Source of the DNA: Myxococcota bacterium
GTDB taxonomy: Bacteria; Myxococcota_A; UBA9160; UBA4427
Assembly (NCBI GenBank): GCA_046583195.1
Contig: JAYGCV010000128.1
Location: 10,113 to 74,112 of the forward strand
Reading direction: 5' to 3'
Length of the DNA stretch: 64,000 nucleotides
Shown here piece after piece: positions 18,263 through 28,047 of the stretch. The position numbers were made by a program, and so were the translations under genes. Below the pieces are notes generated by a model. The model had not been told where the DNA came from. It saw only the letters and a program-made list of their open reading frames with translations, and did not search any database. Numbering within the stretch: the first letter of the stretch is position 1; each line of letters opens with the position of its first letter.

Positions 18263-19033
18263 TTAGGGATTCGATTCGCGGTCCGATTCGCGATGGAGCC
18301 CGGTGCGCGCGGCGCACACCGCGTCGACCCCGGAGGCGCCCGCGCGCAGCAATTCGCGCGCGGCCTCACGCAGCGTTGCGCCGGTGGTCGCGATGTCGTC
18401 CACCAACAAAATTTGACGCCCCTGTAGCTGTTCGCATCGCCGGGCGGCGAAGGCGCCGGCCACGTTGCGCCGACGTTCGCCGCGATCGAGCCGGGTCTGG
18501 CTGGGGGTGTCGCGCTGGCGCACCAGCAGGGAAAGCCGCGGTACAAAGCTGCCGGTCGCATGCGCAGCGGCACGCGCCAGCAGCGTCGACGGGTTGAAGC
18601 CGCGCTGGCGCAATCTTCGCGCGTGCAGGGGGACGGGAAGCACCCAGTCGGGAGGCGGCCCCGGACGGCGTGCGGCGGCGAGCGTGATGAATCGCCGGGC
18701 CACTACGGTGGGGCGCGGGTCGAGTCCCGCAAGGCCGCTTCTCGGGTATTTGAAGCGTCGCAGCCAGGCCTCGGCCCCGCTCGCGTAGTCGACCGCGGCA
18801 CGACAGTGGGTGACCTCGCTCCCATATCCGTGGCAGGCGTCGCAGGGGGAGCTGGTCGCGTCGCATCTGCAGGCGAGCCACGAAAGCTTCGCGCGGCAGC
18901 GCCAACAGAAGGGGTCTTTCTCCTGCACGGACTGGTCAAGGGGTGCGTCGCAATCGACGCAGCGCGGCGGCGCGATCAGATCCAGCACGCCGCGCAAGAG
19001 CAGCGTGACATCGGCGAGCAGGTCGCTGGCCAT
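18263..19033 (-). CDS. comF: ComF-family phosphoribosyltransferase-domain protein
   Basis: N-terminal Cys-rich zinc-ribbon (PPRCVDCDAPL...CWRC) and the C-terminal PRTase motif ILLVDDIATTGATL. Confidence 0.85.
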   Translation of the reverse strand: MASDLLADVTLLLRGVLDLIAPPRCVDCDAPLDQSVQEKDPFCWRCRAKLSWLACRCDATSSPCDACHGYGSEVTHCRAAVDYASGAEAWLRRFKYPRSGLAGLDPRPTVVARRFITLAAARRPGPPPDWVLPVPLHARRLRQRGFNPSTLLARAAAHATGSFVPRLSLLVRQRDTPSQTRLDRGERRRNVAGAFAARRCEQLQGRQILLVDDIATTGATLREAARELLRAGASGVDAVCAARTGLHRESDRESNP

Positions 19034-19062
19034 GCCGACTCCCGGGACCGGGAGCCCGCAGC

Positions 19063-20604
19063 CTAGCGAAGCAGCGAGCGCCCCGTCATCTCGGGGGGGA
19101 TCGGAAGCCCGATCAATTCGAGCACCGTCGGGGCCAGGTCGGCGAGGCCGCCGTTGGCGAGGGCCGTTTTCGGATTCGGTGTCGTCGACGGGCCCCGGAT
19201 CCAGTAGAGGGGAACCGGGTTGGTGGTGTGCGCGGTGTGGGGATCACCGGTTTCGGGGTCGACCATTTGTTCGCAGTTTCCGTGGTCCGCGGTGATCAGG
19301 ATCTGCCCTTCGAGCTCGAGAACGGCCCGGGTGAGTTCCTCGAGGCACGAGTCGATGGTTTCGACGGCCTTGACTGCCGCGTCGAGAACGCCGGTGTGTC
19401 CGACCATGTCCGGGTTCGCAAAGTTGACGAGGACGAAGGCGTAGTCGCCGTCGGAAAGTTTCGCCAGGATTGATTTCGTGAGCGGTTGGGCGCTCATTTC
19501 GGGTCGGTGGTCGTAGGTCGGGACCTCGCGCGGGGAGGGCACCAGCACGCGGTCTTCGCCGGGGAAGGGTTCCTCTGCGCCCGCGTTGAAGAAGAAGGTG
19601 ACGTGGGCGTACTTCTCGGTTTCGGCCATGCGCAACTGCCGCAGGGATGCCTCCGAAACCACTTCGCCGAGGACCTTCGCGGGCTGGTCGTTCGCGAAGG
19701 CTTCCGGCAACCCGAACGCCCGGTCGTAACGCGTGAGGCAGAGGAAGCTCGCAGTCGCGGGCACGCCAGCCCGGTCGAGTTGGCCTTCGAAGCGCTCCGG
19801 GCAGGCGCCGGTAATCGCGTTGCTGAGCTGGCGAGCCCGGTCCGAGCGAAAGTTGAAGAAGAAGACGCCGTCGCCCTCCTCGAGCGCGCGGCCGCCCTGG
19901 ATGACGCAGGGTTCGACGAACTCGTCGCCCTCTTCGCGTGCGTAGGCCATCGCGATGGCCTCGAGGGCATTGGGCTCCTCGCGCCCGCGACGGTGGACGA
20001 TGGCGTCGAGGGCCCGCTGGATCCGATCCCAGCGGTTGTCGCGATCCATGGCCCAGTAGCGCCCCATGACGGTGGCGATGTGTCCACCCGCGGCTTCGAC
20101 GTGGGGGATCAGGTCGCGCACGAAGCCCTGCCCCGAACGCGGCGGGGTATCGCGTCCATCGAGGAAGACGTGCACTGCGGTTTCGATCCCGCGAGCCGCA
20201 CAGCCACGAAGAATCTCGTAGAGGTGTTGCTGGTGACTGTGGACGCCGCCATCGGAGACGAGCCCGAGGAGGTGCAGGACCCCGCCGGAGGCCGCCACCG
20301 CGTCGAGGGTCTCGAGGATTCGCGGATTTTCGCGCATGGCGCCCTGACGGAAGGCCTCGCCGATACGCGTCAAGTCCTGAAGGATCACTCGGCCGGCGCC
20401 CATCGTCATGTGGCCGACTTCAGAATTCCCCATCTGCCCGGGAGGCAAGCCCACGGCCTCGCCCGAGGTTTCGAGCTGCGAGTGGGGGTGGGTGGCTGCG
20501 GTGCGCTCGAGAAAGGGCGCGTGGGCGAGGGCCGTGGCGTCGCTGGCTCCCCCGTCGCCGATGCCGAAACCATCGAGGACACAGAGGAGTACGGGACCGC
20601 TCAA
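19063..20604 (-). CDS. gpmI: 2,3-bisphosphoglycerate-independent phosphoglycerate mutase
   Basis: Motifs VLLCVLDGFG, GNSEVGHMTMGAGR, ADHGNCE. The proposed TTG start at 20604 forms a TTGA overlap with the rsfS stop. The ORF-track start is 20670. Confidence 0.92.
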   Translation of the reverse strand: MSGPVLLCVLDGFGIGDGGASDATALAHAPFLERTAATHPHSQLETSGEAVGLPPGQMGNSEVGHMTMGAGRVILQDLTRIGEAFRQGAMRENPRILETLDAVAASGGVLHLLGLVSDGGVHSHQQHLYEILRGCAARGIETAVHVFLDGRDTPPRSGQGFVRDLIPHVEAAGGHIATVMGRYWAMDRDNRWDRIQRALDAIVHRRGREEPNALEAIAMAYAREEGDEFVEPCVIQGGRALEEGDGVFFFNFRSDRARQLSNAITGACPERFEGQLDRAGVPATASFLCLTRYDRAFGLPEAFANDQPAKVLGEVVSEASLRQLRMAETEKYAHVTFFFNAGAEEPFPGEDRVLVPSPREVPTYDHRPEMSAQPLTKSILAKLSDGDYAFVLVNFANPDMVGHTGVLDAAVKAVETIDSCLEELTRAVLELEGQILITADHGNCEQMVDPETGDPHTAHTTNPVPLYWIRGPSTTPNPKTALANGGLADLAPTVLELIGLPIPPEMTGRSLLR

Positions 20605-20987
20605 GGGCTCGTCCCGGTGGTTTCGGTGTCCACCGCGATGCCGAGGTCGATGCGCGGCGCGTCGCTCCACAGCCGTTCGAGGTCGTAGTGCTCGCGCACC
20701 TCGCGCTGAAACACGTGCACGATCAGGTCGGTGAAATCCAGCAGCACCCAGCGACCCTCGCGGTAGCCTTCGACGCCGAGGGCGCGTTCGCCAGCGCTGC
20801 GTAGGCCGGCTTCGACCGCGTCAGCGATCGCGCAGACCTGGCGATCCGAGCGTCCCGTCAGTACGACGAAGGTGTCCGCGAACGAACTCACCTCGCGGAC
20901 GTCGAGCACCACCGGGTCTTCGGCCTTCCTCTCGAGCGCGCGAAGCAGGACTTCGCGCGCCTTTTCCAGGCGTTCCAATTCAGCCAT
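20601..20987 (-). CDS. rsfS: ribosome silencing factor RsfS
   Basis: Motifs DPVVLDVREVSSFADTFVVLTGRSDRQV and WVLLDFTDLIVHVFQREVREHYDLERLW. The start is ATG 20987 or 21005. Confidence 0.9.
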   Translation of the reverse strand: MAELERLEKAREVLLRALERKAEDPVVLDVREVSSFADTFVVLTGRSDRQVCAIADAVEAGLRSAGERALGVEGYREGRWVLLDFTDLIVHVFQREVREHYDLERLWSDAPRIDLGIAVDTETTGTSP

Positions 20988-21732
20988 GCCGCTCGTTTCT
21001 GCCATGGACGGTCACACTCCCTGCCTCGGCGCATTCGTTCGCGCCCCGATAGTGCCCGCTTTCGATCACCGCGCAATGGACCGCGGGGGGGAGCCAGGCG
21101 GACGCGGGCTCGTTTCTCGCGAGGGCCGCCCTGACTTCCGAGGAGGAAATGTCGAGAGCATCGATTTCGAGCTGCAGGAGCCTGGTACCGGCGCTGCGAT
21201 GCAGGGCGCTGCGTCCATCGCTCGAGAAGTCGAAGGCGCAGGCCAGCGCTTCCGGGATCCATTGCGCCAGGGCGCCGCGATTCGAAGGCGGTCGCGACAG
21301 CACCGCGAAATCGGCGAGCGCGAAGAGTGCCTCGGGCTCCCTCCACCCCGCGATCAGCCGGAACGCGTCGCAGCCGATGATGAAGACCGGGGGCCGCGCC
21401 TCGCCCTTGGCAGCGAGCGCTCGCAGCGTATCCACCGAGTACGACGGGCCGGGGCGCGTGAGTTCGATGGCGTCGACCTCGAATTTCGGATGCGCTTTTA
21501 CCGCGAGTCGAAGCCACTGCATCCGGTCCACTGCGGGGGCCATCGGTTCGGTTCCCGTTCCGGTTTTGTGAGGGGGCTCGGCGCTGGGGACGAAGACGAT
21601 GCGGTCGAGTTGCAGTGCGCGCAGGGTTTCTTCGGCAGCGCGTAGGTGCCCCAGGTGGATCGGGTCAAAGGTGCCACCGAAGAGTCCGACCCCCCCCGGA
21701 GCGCGCAGCGGCTTCGCGCTCGTAGCCGTCAT
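20980..21732 (-). CDS. nadD: nicotinate-nucleotide adenylyltransferase
   Basis: GLFGGTFDPIHLGHL (the (T/H)xGH motif) and conserved rsfS/proA neighbours. Confidence 0.9.
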   Translation of the reverse strand: MTATSAKPLRAPGGVGLFGGTFDPIHLGHLRAAEETLRALQLDRIVFVPSAEPPHKTGTGTEPMAPAVDRMQWLRLAVKAHPKFEVDAIELTRPGPSYSVDTLRALAAKGEARPPVFIIGCDAFRLIAGWREPEALFALADFAVLSRPPSNRGALAQWIPEALACAFDFSSDGRSALHRSAGTRLLQLEIDALDISSSEVRAALARNEPASAWLPPAVHCAVIESGHYRGANECAEAGSVTVHGRNERHG

Positions 21733-23009
21733 TCGCGGAGCTGGCCTTCCCCCCGGAGCACGAACTTCCGGCTGGTGAGATCGTCAAGGCCCATTGGACC
21801 GAAGGCGTGAAGCTTCGAAGTCGAGATGCCGATCTCGGCGCCGAGCCCCAGGCGATAACCGTCGGCGAAGGCGGTCGAGCAGTTCACGCCGACGGTGGAG
21901 GAGTTGACGCGGCGCAGCCACTCGTCGGCGTGGTCCTGGCTCGCGGTCACGATGATCTCGGTGTGGTCGGAGCCCCAGGCCCGGATGTGTTCGATGGCCT
22001 CGTCCATTCCCGCGACGACCTTGACCGCGAGGATTGGGGCCAGGTATTCGGCTGCCCAGTCTTCGTCGCTGGCGGGGCGGGCAGTGGCGAAGGCCTTGCG
22101 AGTCTCGGGACAGCCGCGGATCTCGATGCCTTCGGCGTGGAGCGCCTCGAGCACCTGAGGCAGCACCGTGCCCGCCGCGTCGCGGTGGCAGAGCAGGGTT
22201 TCGAGGCCGTTGCACACCGCCATCTGTCGCAGCTTCGAATCGACGGCGATTTCGGTGGCCATTTTTGGGTCTGCACTGGCATCGAGGTAGACGTGGCAGA
22301 CGCCGGCGTCGTGCTTGATCACGGGGATGCGCGAGGTCTCGCTCACCTTCTGGATCAGACCCGGACCACCGCGGGGGATCACGAGGTCGATGTCGCGCTC
22401 CGAGCGCAGCAGAAAGTCGATGGCGGCGCGATCCGTGGTGGGGACGACCGTCACCGCATCCTCCGGGATGCCCACGTCGCGGGCGGCGGCGCGCAGCACC
22501 TCGCCGAGGGCGACGTTGGACTGGATCGCCTCGGAGCCGCCGCGCAGGATTACGGCGTTTCCCGATTTGACGCAGAGTGCGGCGGCGTCGATGGTGACGT
22601 TGGGGCGCGATTCGTAGATGATCGCGATCACGCCGAGCGGAATCCGCATGCGCCCGACCTGCAAGCCATTGGGACGCTCGCGCAGGTCCTCGATGCGCCC
22701 GACGGGATCGTCGAGAGCGGCGATGTCCGCAAGGCCCTTTAGCATCGTCGTCCAGCGGTCCTCGCCAAGGGCCAGCCGGTTGAGGAGCGGCTCGGAGATG
22801 TTGCGTGCCGCGGCCTGCTCGAGGTCGCGGGTATTCGCTGCGAGAATGGTCTCGCGCGCTTCTTTGAGTCGGTCGGCGACGCGCAGCAGCCAGGCGTTCT
22901 TGGTCGCGGTGTCGACTTCGCCGAGCACTACCGACGCGGCTCGGGAACGGGCGGTGAGTTCTCGAATTTGCTGTTCGAGGCCGGGGGAGGCGAGGTCGGG
23001 GGAGGACAT
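21729..23009 (-). CDS. proA: glutamate-5-semialdehyde dehydrogenase
   Basis: 426 aa. ALDH-like ProA pattern (IYESRPNVT, GLETLL, catalytic Cys in AVCNGLE). Follows proB. Confidence 0.93.
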   Translation of the reverse strand: MSSPDLASPGLEQQIRELTARSRAASVVLGEVDTATKNAWLLRVADRLKEARETILAANTRDLEQAAARNISEPLLNRLALGEDRWTTMLKGLADIAALDDPVGRIEDLRERPNGLQVGRMRIPLGVIAIIYESRPNVTIDAAALCVKSGNAVILRGGSEAIQSNVALGEVLRAAARDVGIPEDAVTVVPTTDRAAIDFLLRSERDIDLVIPRGGPGLIQKVSETSRIPVIKHDAGVCHVYLDASADPKMATEIAVDSKLRQMAVCNGLETLLCHRDAAGTVLPQVLEALHAEGIEIRGCPETRKAFATARPASDEDWAAEYLAPILAVKVVAGMDEAIEHIRAWGSDHTEIIVTASQDHADEWLRRVNSSTVGVNCSTAFADGYRLGLGAEIGISTSKLHAFGPMGLDDLTSRKFVLRGEGQLRE

Positions 23010-23012
23010 GGC

Positions 23013-24149
23013 TCAGGTCTCCAGCACGACAAGATCGTCTCGGTGGATTACCTCGTCGCCATTCCACGAGCCTAGCACTCGCTTGGCGTCGCGAGCTTTC
23101 AGGCCCTTGACCTTCTCGAGATCGCCGGAGGAATAGGCGACCAGACCGCGCGCAAACTCGCGACCGCGACTGTCGAGACAGGACACGGAGTCGCCCACGC
23201 GAAAGCGACCGTGAACGGCCTTGATGCCGGCCGCGAGCAGGCTCTTGCCCCGGGCCGTAAGGGCGTTGCGGGCACCTTCGTCGAGTACCAGTTCTCCGCG
23301 CGATCGGGTCGCGAAGGCGATCCAGTGCTTGCGGCTGGTCATACGCTCGGTCGGGTGGAAGAGTGTTCCAATCGCTTCCCCCGAAAGCACGCGCTGCAAT
23401 ACGAAGCGGCTGCGTCCGGAGCAGATTACCGTGGTGGCGCCCGAACGCGAAGCCATTTCGGCGGCCTCGAGTTTTGTGACCATGCCGCCGCTGCCGAGCT
23501 TTGACCCGGCACTCCCCGCGGCTCTCCGTAAGGCGGGCGTGATGGCTTTGACCTCATCGAGGATCGGGGGAGTGGCCTCGCCTGCGACGGGCTTTCGCTC
23601 GTAGACACCGCCGACATCGGTGAGGATCACAAGGGCGTCGGCGTCGACGAGGTTGACCAGGATCGCGGACAGACGGTCGTTGTCTCCGAAGAGAATCTCC
23701 TCGGTGGCGACGGTGTCGTTTTCGTTCACCACCGGGACCACGCCGAAGCGAAGCAACTCGAGGAGCGTATGCCGTGCGTTCAGGAAGCGCTCCCGGTCGG
23801 CCAGGCCCGAACGCGTGACGAGAACCTGGCCGACGAGGCGCTTGCGTCGCGAGAAGCGTCGCCGGTAGAGTTCCGCCAGCCCGATCTGGCCGACCGCGGC
23901 CGCGGCTTGTTTTTCTCGCGTCGAGCGTTCGCGCGTCCCCCAGCCGAGTTCGAAGCTGCCCACGGCGATGGCTCCGGAAGACACGAGCACCACCTCGATC
24001 CCCGAGTCCATGAGGTCGGCGATCTGGCGCACCAGTTCGCTCACCTTTCGGGTCCGCAGTCGCCCGTCGCGCGTGAGTGTGCTGCTGCCGACCTTTACGA
24101 CGATCCGCCGAGCCCGGGTGAGCCGCTTGCGTGCAGGCGAGGCGCTCAT
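23013..24149 (-). CDS. proB: glutamate 5-kinase (with PUA domain)
   Basis: 378 aa with RIVVKVGSSTLT, VLVSSGAIA, NENDTVA, and a C-terminal PUA-like region. Confidence 0.93.
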   Translation of the reverse strand: MSASPARKRLTRARRIVVKVGSSTLTRDGRLRTRKVSELVRQIADLMDSGIEVVLVSSGAIAVGSFELGWGTRERSTREKQAAAAVGQIGLAELYRRRFSRRKRLVGQVLVTRSGLADRERFLNARHTLLELLRFGVVPVVNENDTVATEEILFGDNDRLSAILVNLVDADALVILTDVGGVYERKPVAGEATPPILDEVKAITPALRRAAGSAGSKLGSGGMVTKLEAAEMASRSGATTVICSGRSRFVLQRVLSGEAIGTLFHPTERMTSRKHWIAFATRSRGELVLDEGARNALTARGKSLLAAGIKAVHGRFRVGDSVSCLDSRGREFARGLVAYSSGDLEKVKGLKARDAKRVLGSWNGDEVIHRDDLVVLET

Positions 24150-25207
24150 GCCGAGGCCTCGTCCTGCTTTGCCGTGTCGATCTCGGCAGCGGCGTCGATG
24201 GTTCGCAAGGTCTCCTGCATCAGCGCGTCGACCCCTTCTCCGGTCGCCCCCGAAATCGCAAAGACGCGACAGCCCTCGGCCTCGAACCTTTCGCGAAGCG
24301 CTGCGAGACGTTGCCGATCCGAAACCAGGTCGACCTTGTTGAGCACCACCACCTCGCTCCGCCCGAGCAGTTCGGGATCAAAGAGACCGAGTTCATTGCG
24401 CAGCGTACGATAGTCGTCGAAGGGGTCTCGATCTTCGAGCCAGGCCCCGCCCACATCGAGAAGATGAAGCAATACCCGCGTGCGTTCGACGTGGCGCAGG
24501 AAGCGATCGCCGAGGCCGACCCCCTCGCTGGCGCCGGCGATGAGGCCGGGCAGGTCCGCGACGATGAAGCGCCGCTCATCGACTTCGACCACGCCGAGCG
24601 CGGGGACCAGGGTCGTGAAGGGATAGTTTGCGACAGCGGGCTTTGCCGCCGAGATGCGACCGAGGAGTGTCGACTTGCCGGCATTTGGAAGCCCGAGCAG
24701 GCCGACGTCCGCGAGCAGCTTCAGTCGCAGTTCGAGCGTTCGGGTCTCTCCGGCGAGGCCGGGCTTCGCGAAGTCGGGAGCCTGCCTTGTCGACGTGGCG
24801 AAGTGGGGATTGCCCCAGCCCCCGCGTCCCCCGCGCGCGGCGTGGAAACGATCCCCATCGCGCCGCAGGTCGGCGACCGGGGTGTCGGCTTCGGTGTCGG
24901 GGGACTCGTAGAAAACGGTCCCTACGGGAACCCGCACTTCGATATCCCGACCTGCTGCGCCGTGCCGGCTGCGCACTTCGCCAGGGCGTCCTGCCTCGGC
25001 TTCGATGTGGCGCCGCCTCGCGAACTCGAGCAGGGTGTTGCGATTGCGGTCGGCGATGAAGATCACATTGCCGCCGCGTCCGCCGTCGCCCCCGTCCGGT
25101 CCCCCACGCGGTTCGAACTTTCCGCGATAGAAGTGGACGCAGCCGTCTCCGCCCCGCCCCGAGGCGATCGTCACGCAGACTTCATCGACGAATCCCGACT
25201 TCTTCAT
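24146..25207 (-). CDS. obg: GTPase Obg/CgtA
   Basis: N-terminal Gly-rich Obg fold (GGDGGRGGNV) and a G domain (GLPNAGKST, DLPGLI, NKVD). Confidence 0.95.
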   Translation of the reverse strand: MKKSGFVDEVCVTIASGRGGDGCVHFYRGKFEPRGGPDGGDGGRGGNVIFIADRNRNTLLEFARRRHIEAEAGRPGEVRSRHGAAGRDIEVRVPVGTVFYESPDTEADTPVADLRRDGDRFHAARGGRGGWGNPHFATSTRQAPDFAKPGLAGETRTLELRLKLLADVGLLGLPNAGKSTLLGRISAAKPAVANYPFTTLVPALGVVEVDERRFIVADLPGLIAGASEGVGLGDRFLRHVERTRVLLHLLDVGGAWLEDRDPFDDYRTLRNELGLFDPELLGRSEVVVLNKVDLVSDRQRLAALRERFEAEGCRVFAISGATGEGVDALMQETLRTIDAAAEIDTAKQDEASA

Positions 25208-25297
25208 GGGAGGGTCCCCAGAGAGAAGGCATGGCCGAGCCCGCGCTCGTACCAGGGGAAATCGGATCGGGTAATAGAGCGGGGCTCCGGTCGCTGC

Positions 25298-25549
25298 CTA
25301 CGGCTGATCGACCGACGCCTGCACCCGACCGCGAGAGCGGCCGTACCGCACCGTGCCGTTGCAGAGCGCAAAGAGGGTGTAATCCCTGCCGAGGCCGACG
25401 TTCTGCCCGGGGTGGATACGGGTGCCAAGCTGCCGCACGAGGATCGCACCCGCTTGCACGGTCTGACCGCCGAATACCTTCATGCCGCGGCGCTGACCGT
25501 TGCTATCTCGGCCGTTCCGCGAACTTCCCTGTCCCTTTTTATGCGCCAT
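25298..25549 (-). CDS. rpmA: 50S ribosomal protein L27
   Basis: [29 protein letters not shown]. The ATG at 25549 overlaps the rplU stop by 1 nt. Confidence 0.95.
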   Translation of the reverse strand: MAHKKGQGSSRNGRDSNGQRRGMKVFGGQTVQAGAILVRQLGTRIHPGQNVGLGRDYTLFALCNGTVRYGRSRGRVQASVDQP

Positions 25550-25860
25550 CAGCAACCCTCGATGGCGTCGACCAGGACTTCGGTGTAGTCCTGGCGATGA
25601 CCGTATTTGCGGCGGTAGCCGGTGCGGCGCTTCATCTTGAAGATCCGCAACTTCGGGCCACGACCCTGCTCTACGATGGTACCGCGAACGACCGCGCCCT
25701 CTACGAGCGGTCTGCCGATCTGGATATTCTCGCCGCCGACGAGCAGGACTTCCGGGAACTCCACCGTGTCGCCCACCGCGCCTTCCAGCTTCTCGACCCG
25801 GACGGCCTCACCGGGCTCGACCCGAACCTGTTTTCCACCGGTCTTGACCACCGCGTACAT
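25549..25860 (-). CDS. rplU: 50S ribosomal protein L21
   Basis: [18 protein letters not shown]...[13 protein letters not shown]. Confidence 0.95.
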   Translation of the reverse strand: MYAVVKTGGKQVRVEPGEAVRVEKLEGAVGDTVEFPEVLLVGGENIQIGRPLVEGAVVRGTIVEQGRGPKLRIFKMKRRTGYRRKYGHRQDYTEVLVDAIEGC

Positions 25861-27722
25861 TAGTTTTCCTCAGCTTCCGGGACGGGCGGCAGTATCGGCG
25901 ATTCCGCAGCGTCGTCAAGCGGTTGGGGCACCTCCGCGAGGTCTGGATCAGCTTCCGCATCCCCCTCGGGGGCCGCGTCGGCCTCGGGGGCGACCGCCGC
26001 GTCAGCCTCGGGGGCGACCGCCGCGTCGATTTCGGGCTCGATCTCCGGCATTTCGGGGTCGTCGAGCAGCTCCAGCGGAGCTTCGATGAGCCCCTCTAGC
26101 GTTATTTCCGGCGATTTCTCGGCCTCGATCACCGCTTCTTCCGGGGCCGCTTCGGCCACCTCGGGTTCCGCAGCGGGTTCGTCGCCGGCTGCCAGCCAGC
26201 GCAGCGGGATCACCACCGGCTCGCCGCGGCCCCGTGCCTGCACTTCGAACTGCTCCTGGTGCAGCCCGGGCCGGGCGCGCACCTCGATCTCGAAGCCGAG
26301 GTCGGAGCCGAGGTCGGCAAGGGCCTCGTTCTCGGGTGCGAGCAGTGCCTCGGCCACCGAGGGGTTCACGCTGATGGCGATCTGGCGGCCGCTGAAGCGC
26401 GGGAGATCCTTGCGCACCTCGCGGATGATGCTGAAGGCCACGCTCTCGCTCGAGAGCACGTAGCTGCGTCCCTCGCAATAGGGGCAGGGCTCGCACAGGG
26501 TCTGCACGAGATTCTCGCGGGTGCGCTTGCGGGTCATCTCGACCAGGCCGAGTTCGGAGATCTTGAGGATGTTGGTCCGGGCCTTGTCCTGGCGCAGGGC
26601 TTCGGCCAGCGCGCGGTAGACGCGGTCTCGATTCGAGGCGGATTCCATGTCGATCAGGTCGAGGATCACGATGCCGCCGATGTTGCGAAAGCGCAGCTGG
26701 TGGGCGATCTCCTTGACCGCCTCGAGGTTGGTCTTGAGCACCGTTTCTTCGAGGTTGCGCTTACCGACGAAGCGGCCGGTGTTCACGTCGATCGAGGTCA
26801 GCGCTTCGCTCTGGTCGATGATCAGCGAGGCCCCGGACTTGAGAAAGACCCGGCGCTCGAGGTTGGCCTGGATCTGCGACTCCAGACCGAAGTGGTCGAA
26901 GATCGGAGTCTGGCCTTCGTAGTGCTCGAGATGGGGACGCGGCTCTGCGACGAATTCGTCGACGAAGGCGCGGACCGTGCGGTAGGTCTCCGCGGAATCG
27001 ATCGCGATGCGCTTCGTGTCCGGGCCGCTGAGGTCGCGGATCATGCGCAGGGCCAGCTCAGGCTCGGCGTAGAGGACCTTCGGTGCCCGGGCGTTCTGGG
27101 CGCTCCTTTGGACCGTCTTCCATACCTTTGTCAGGTAGCGGACATCCGCCTCGAGATCGGCGTCACGCACGCCGTCCCCGGCGGTGCGGATGATGAAGCC
27201 CAGCTTCTCCGGGCGGATCTTGTCGACGATCTCGCGCAGCCGCCGGCGCTCCCGATCCGAGCCGATGCGGCGCGAGACGCCGACGCGGCTCGACCCGGGG
27301 GTGAGGACGAGGTGCCGTCCTGGGATCGAGATCTGCGAAGTGATGCGCGCACCCTTGGTGCCGATGGGCTCCTTCGCGATCTGTACCACGATCTCCTGGC
27401 CTTCCTTGAGGATCGCGTCGATCTGGATGTGGCTGCGACCGTTGCCCCTGCGCCGCCGCGGGTTGGAGCCATCGCCCCCAGAAGTCTGGCTCTTCGTGTC
27501 GATGTAGTCGCCGGCGTAGAGGAACGCGGCCTTCTCGAGGCCGATGTCGACAAAGGCAGCCTGCATCCCGGGGAGGACGCGCGAGACGCGCCCCAGGATC
27601 ACGCTGCCCATCACGTTGCGATCAGAGCCGCGTTCGATGTGGAGCTCGGTAAAGGAGGAGCCTTCGAGCAGCGCGACGCGGGTCTCGCCCCGCTCAGCGT
27701 TGACGATGATTTCGTTGTTCAT
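25860..27722 (-). CDS. Rne/Rng-family ribonuclease (RNase E/G) with acidic repeat C-terminal extension
   Basis: Start MNNEIIVNAERGETRVALLE (ATG 27722). S1 domain GSVILGRVSRVLPGMQAAFVDIG. Catalytic region IIDQSEALTSIDVNTG. Zn-link CPYCEG. The C-terminus is rich in E/A/P/D. Confidence 0.9.
   Translation of the reverse strand: MNNEIIVNAERGETRVALLEGSSFTELHIERGSDRNVMGSVILGRVSRVLPGMQAAFVDIGLEKAAFLYAGDYIDTKSQTSGGDGSNPRRRRGNGRSHIQIDAILKEGQEIVVQIAKEPIGTKGARITSQISIPGRHLVLTPGSSRVGVSRRIGSDRERRRLREIVDKIRPEKLGFIIRTAGDGVRDADLEADVRYLTKVWKTVQRSAQNARAPKVLYAEPELALRMIRDLSGPDTKRIAIDSAETYRTVRAFVDEFVAEPRPHLEHYEGQTPIFDHFGLESQIQANLERRVFLKSGASLIIDQSEALTSIDVNTGRFVGKRNLEETVLKTNLEAVKEIAHQLRFRNIGGIVILDLIDMESASNRDRVYRALAEALRQDKARTNILKISELGLVEMTRKRTRENLVQTLCEPCPYCEGRSYVLSSESVAFSIIREVRKDLPRFSGRQIAISVNPSVAEALLAPENEALADLGSDLGFEIEVRARPGLHQEQFEVQARGRGEPVVIPLRWLAAGDEPAAEPEVAEAAPEEAVIEAEKSPEITLEGLIEAPLELLDDPEMPEIEPEIDAAVAPEADAAVAPEADAAPEGDAEADPDLAEVPQPLDDAAESPILPPVPEAEEN
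25981..26028. repeat. 24-nt tandem duplication inside the rne-family C-terminal tail
   Basis: gcctcgggggcgaccgccgcgtca followed by gcctcgggggcgaccgccgcgtcg, which encodes DAAVAPEA twice on the minus strand. Confidence 0.8.
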
Positions 27723-27873
27723 GAATCGTTCCGGTGCAAGAGGAAGCGCAGCTCGGCCGCCTTTGCGACCGGTCATTTCGCGGGGCCTATAGCCTCGCGA
27801 TGGCGTTCCTCCGCTGAAAAGGCGAGCTCAGCGTTTCCGGACGATCGAAGTGTCGTGTCGTCGCAAAGCGACC

Positions 27874-28047
27874 ACGGTGGCGGGACCGCAAGGGGTCACC
27901 GGCTCGCAAGGAGTCGGTGAATGGACGTAGACGGGCTTCGATTCGGCAGCGCCGAAGTGGAAACGGTTGATTCGCACGGGGAAAAAGACTCTCGGTCCGG
28001 CCGGGTAAAATTCCTCTCGAGTCCCTCGCGGTAGCTCCCGCCACCGT
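27874..28047. ncRNA. candidate structured RNA: 174-nt long imperfect hairpin in the rne/selA divergent intergenic region (strand undetermined)
   Basis: A 12-bp perfect closing helix pairs acggtggcggga (27874-27885) with tcccgccaccgt (28036-28047). After a 4-nt bulge, a second helix pairs ccgcaagggg with cccctcgcgg-like sequence. Further pairing occurs around ccggctcg/cggtccgg and a central ttcggcagcgccgaa hairpin. No credible ORF. Confidence 0.3.
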
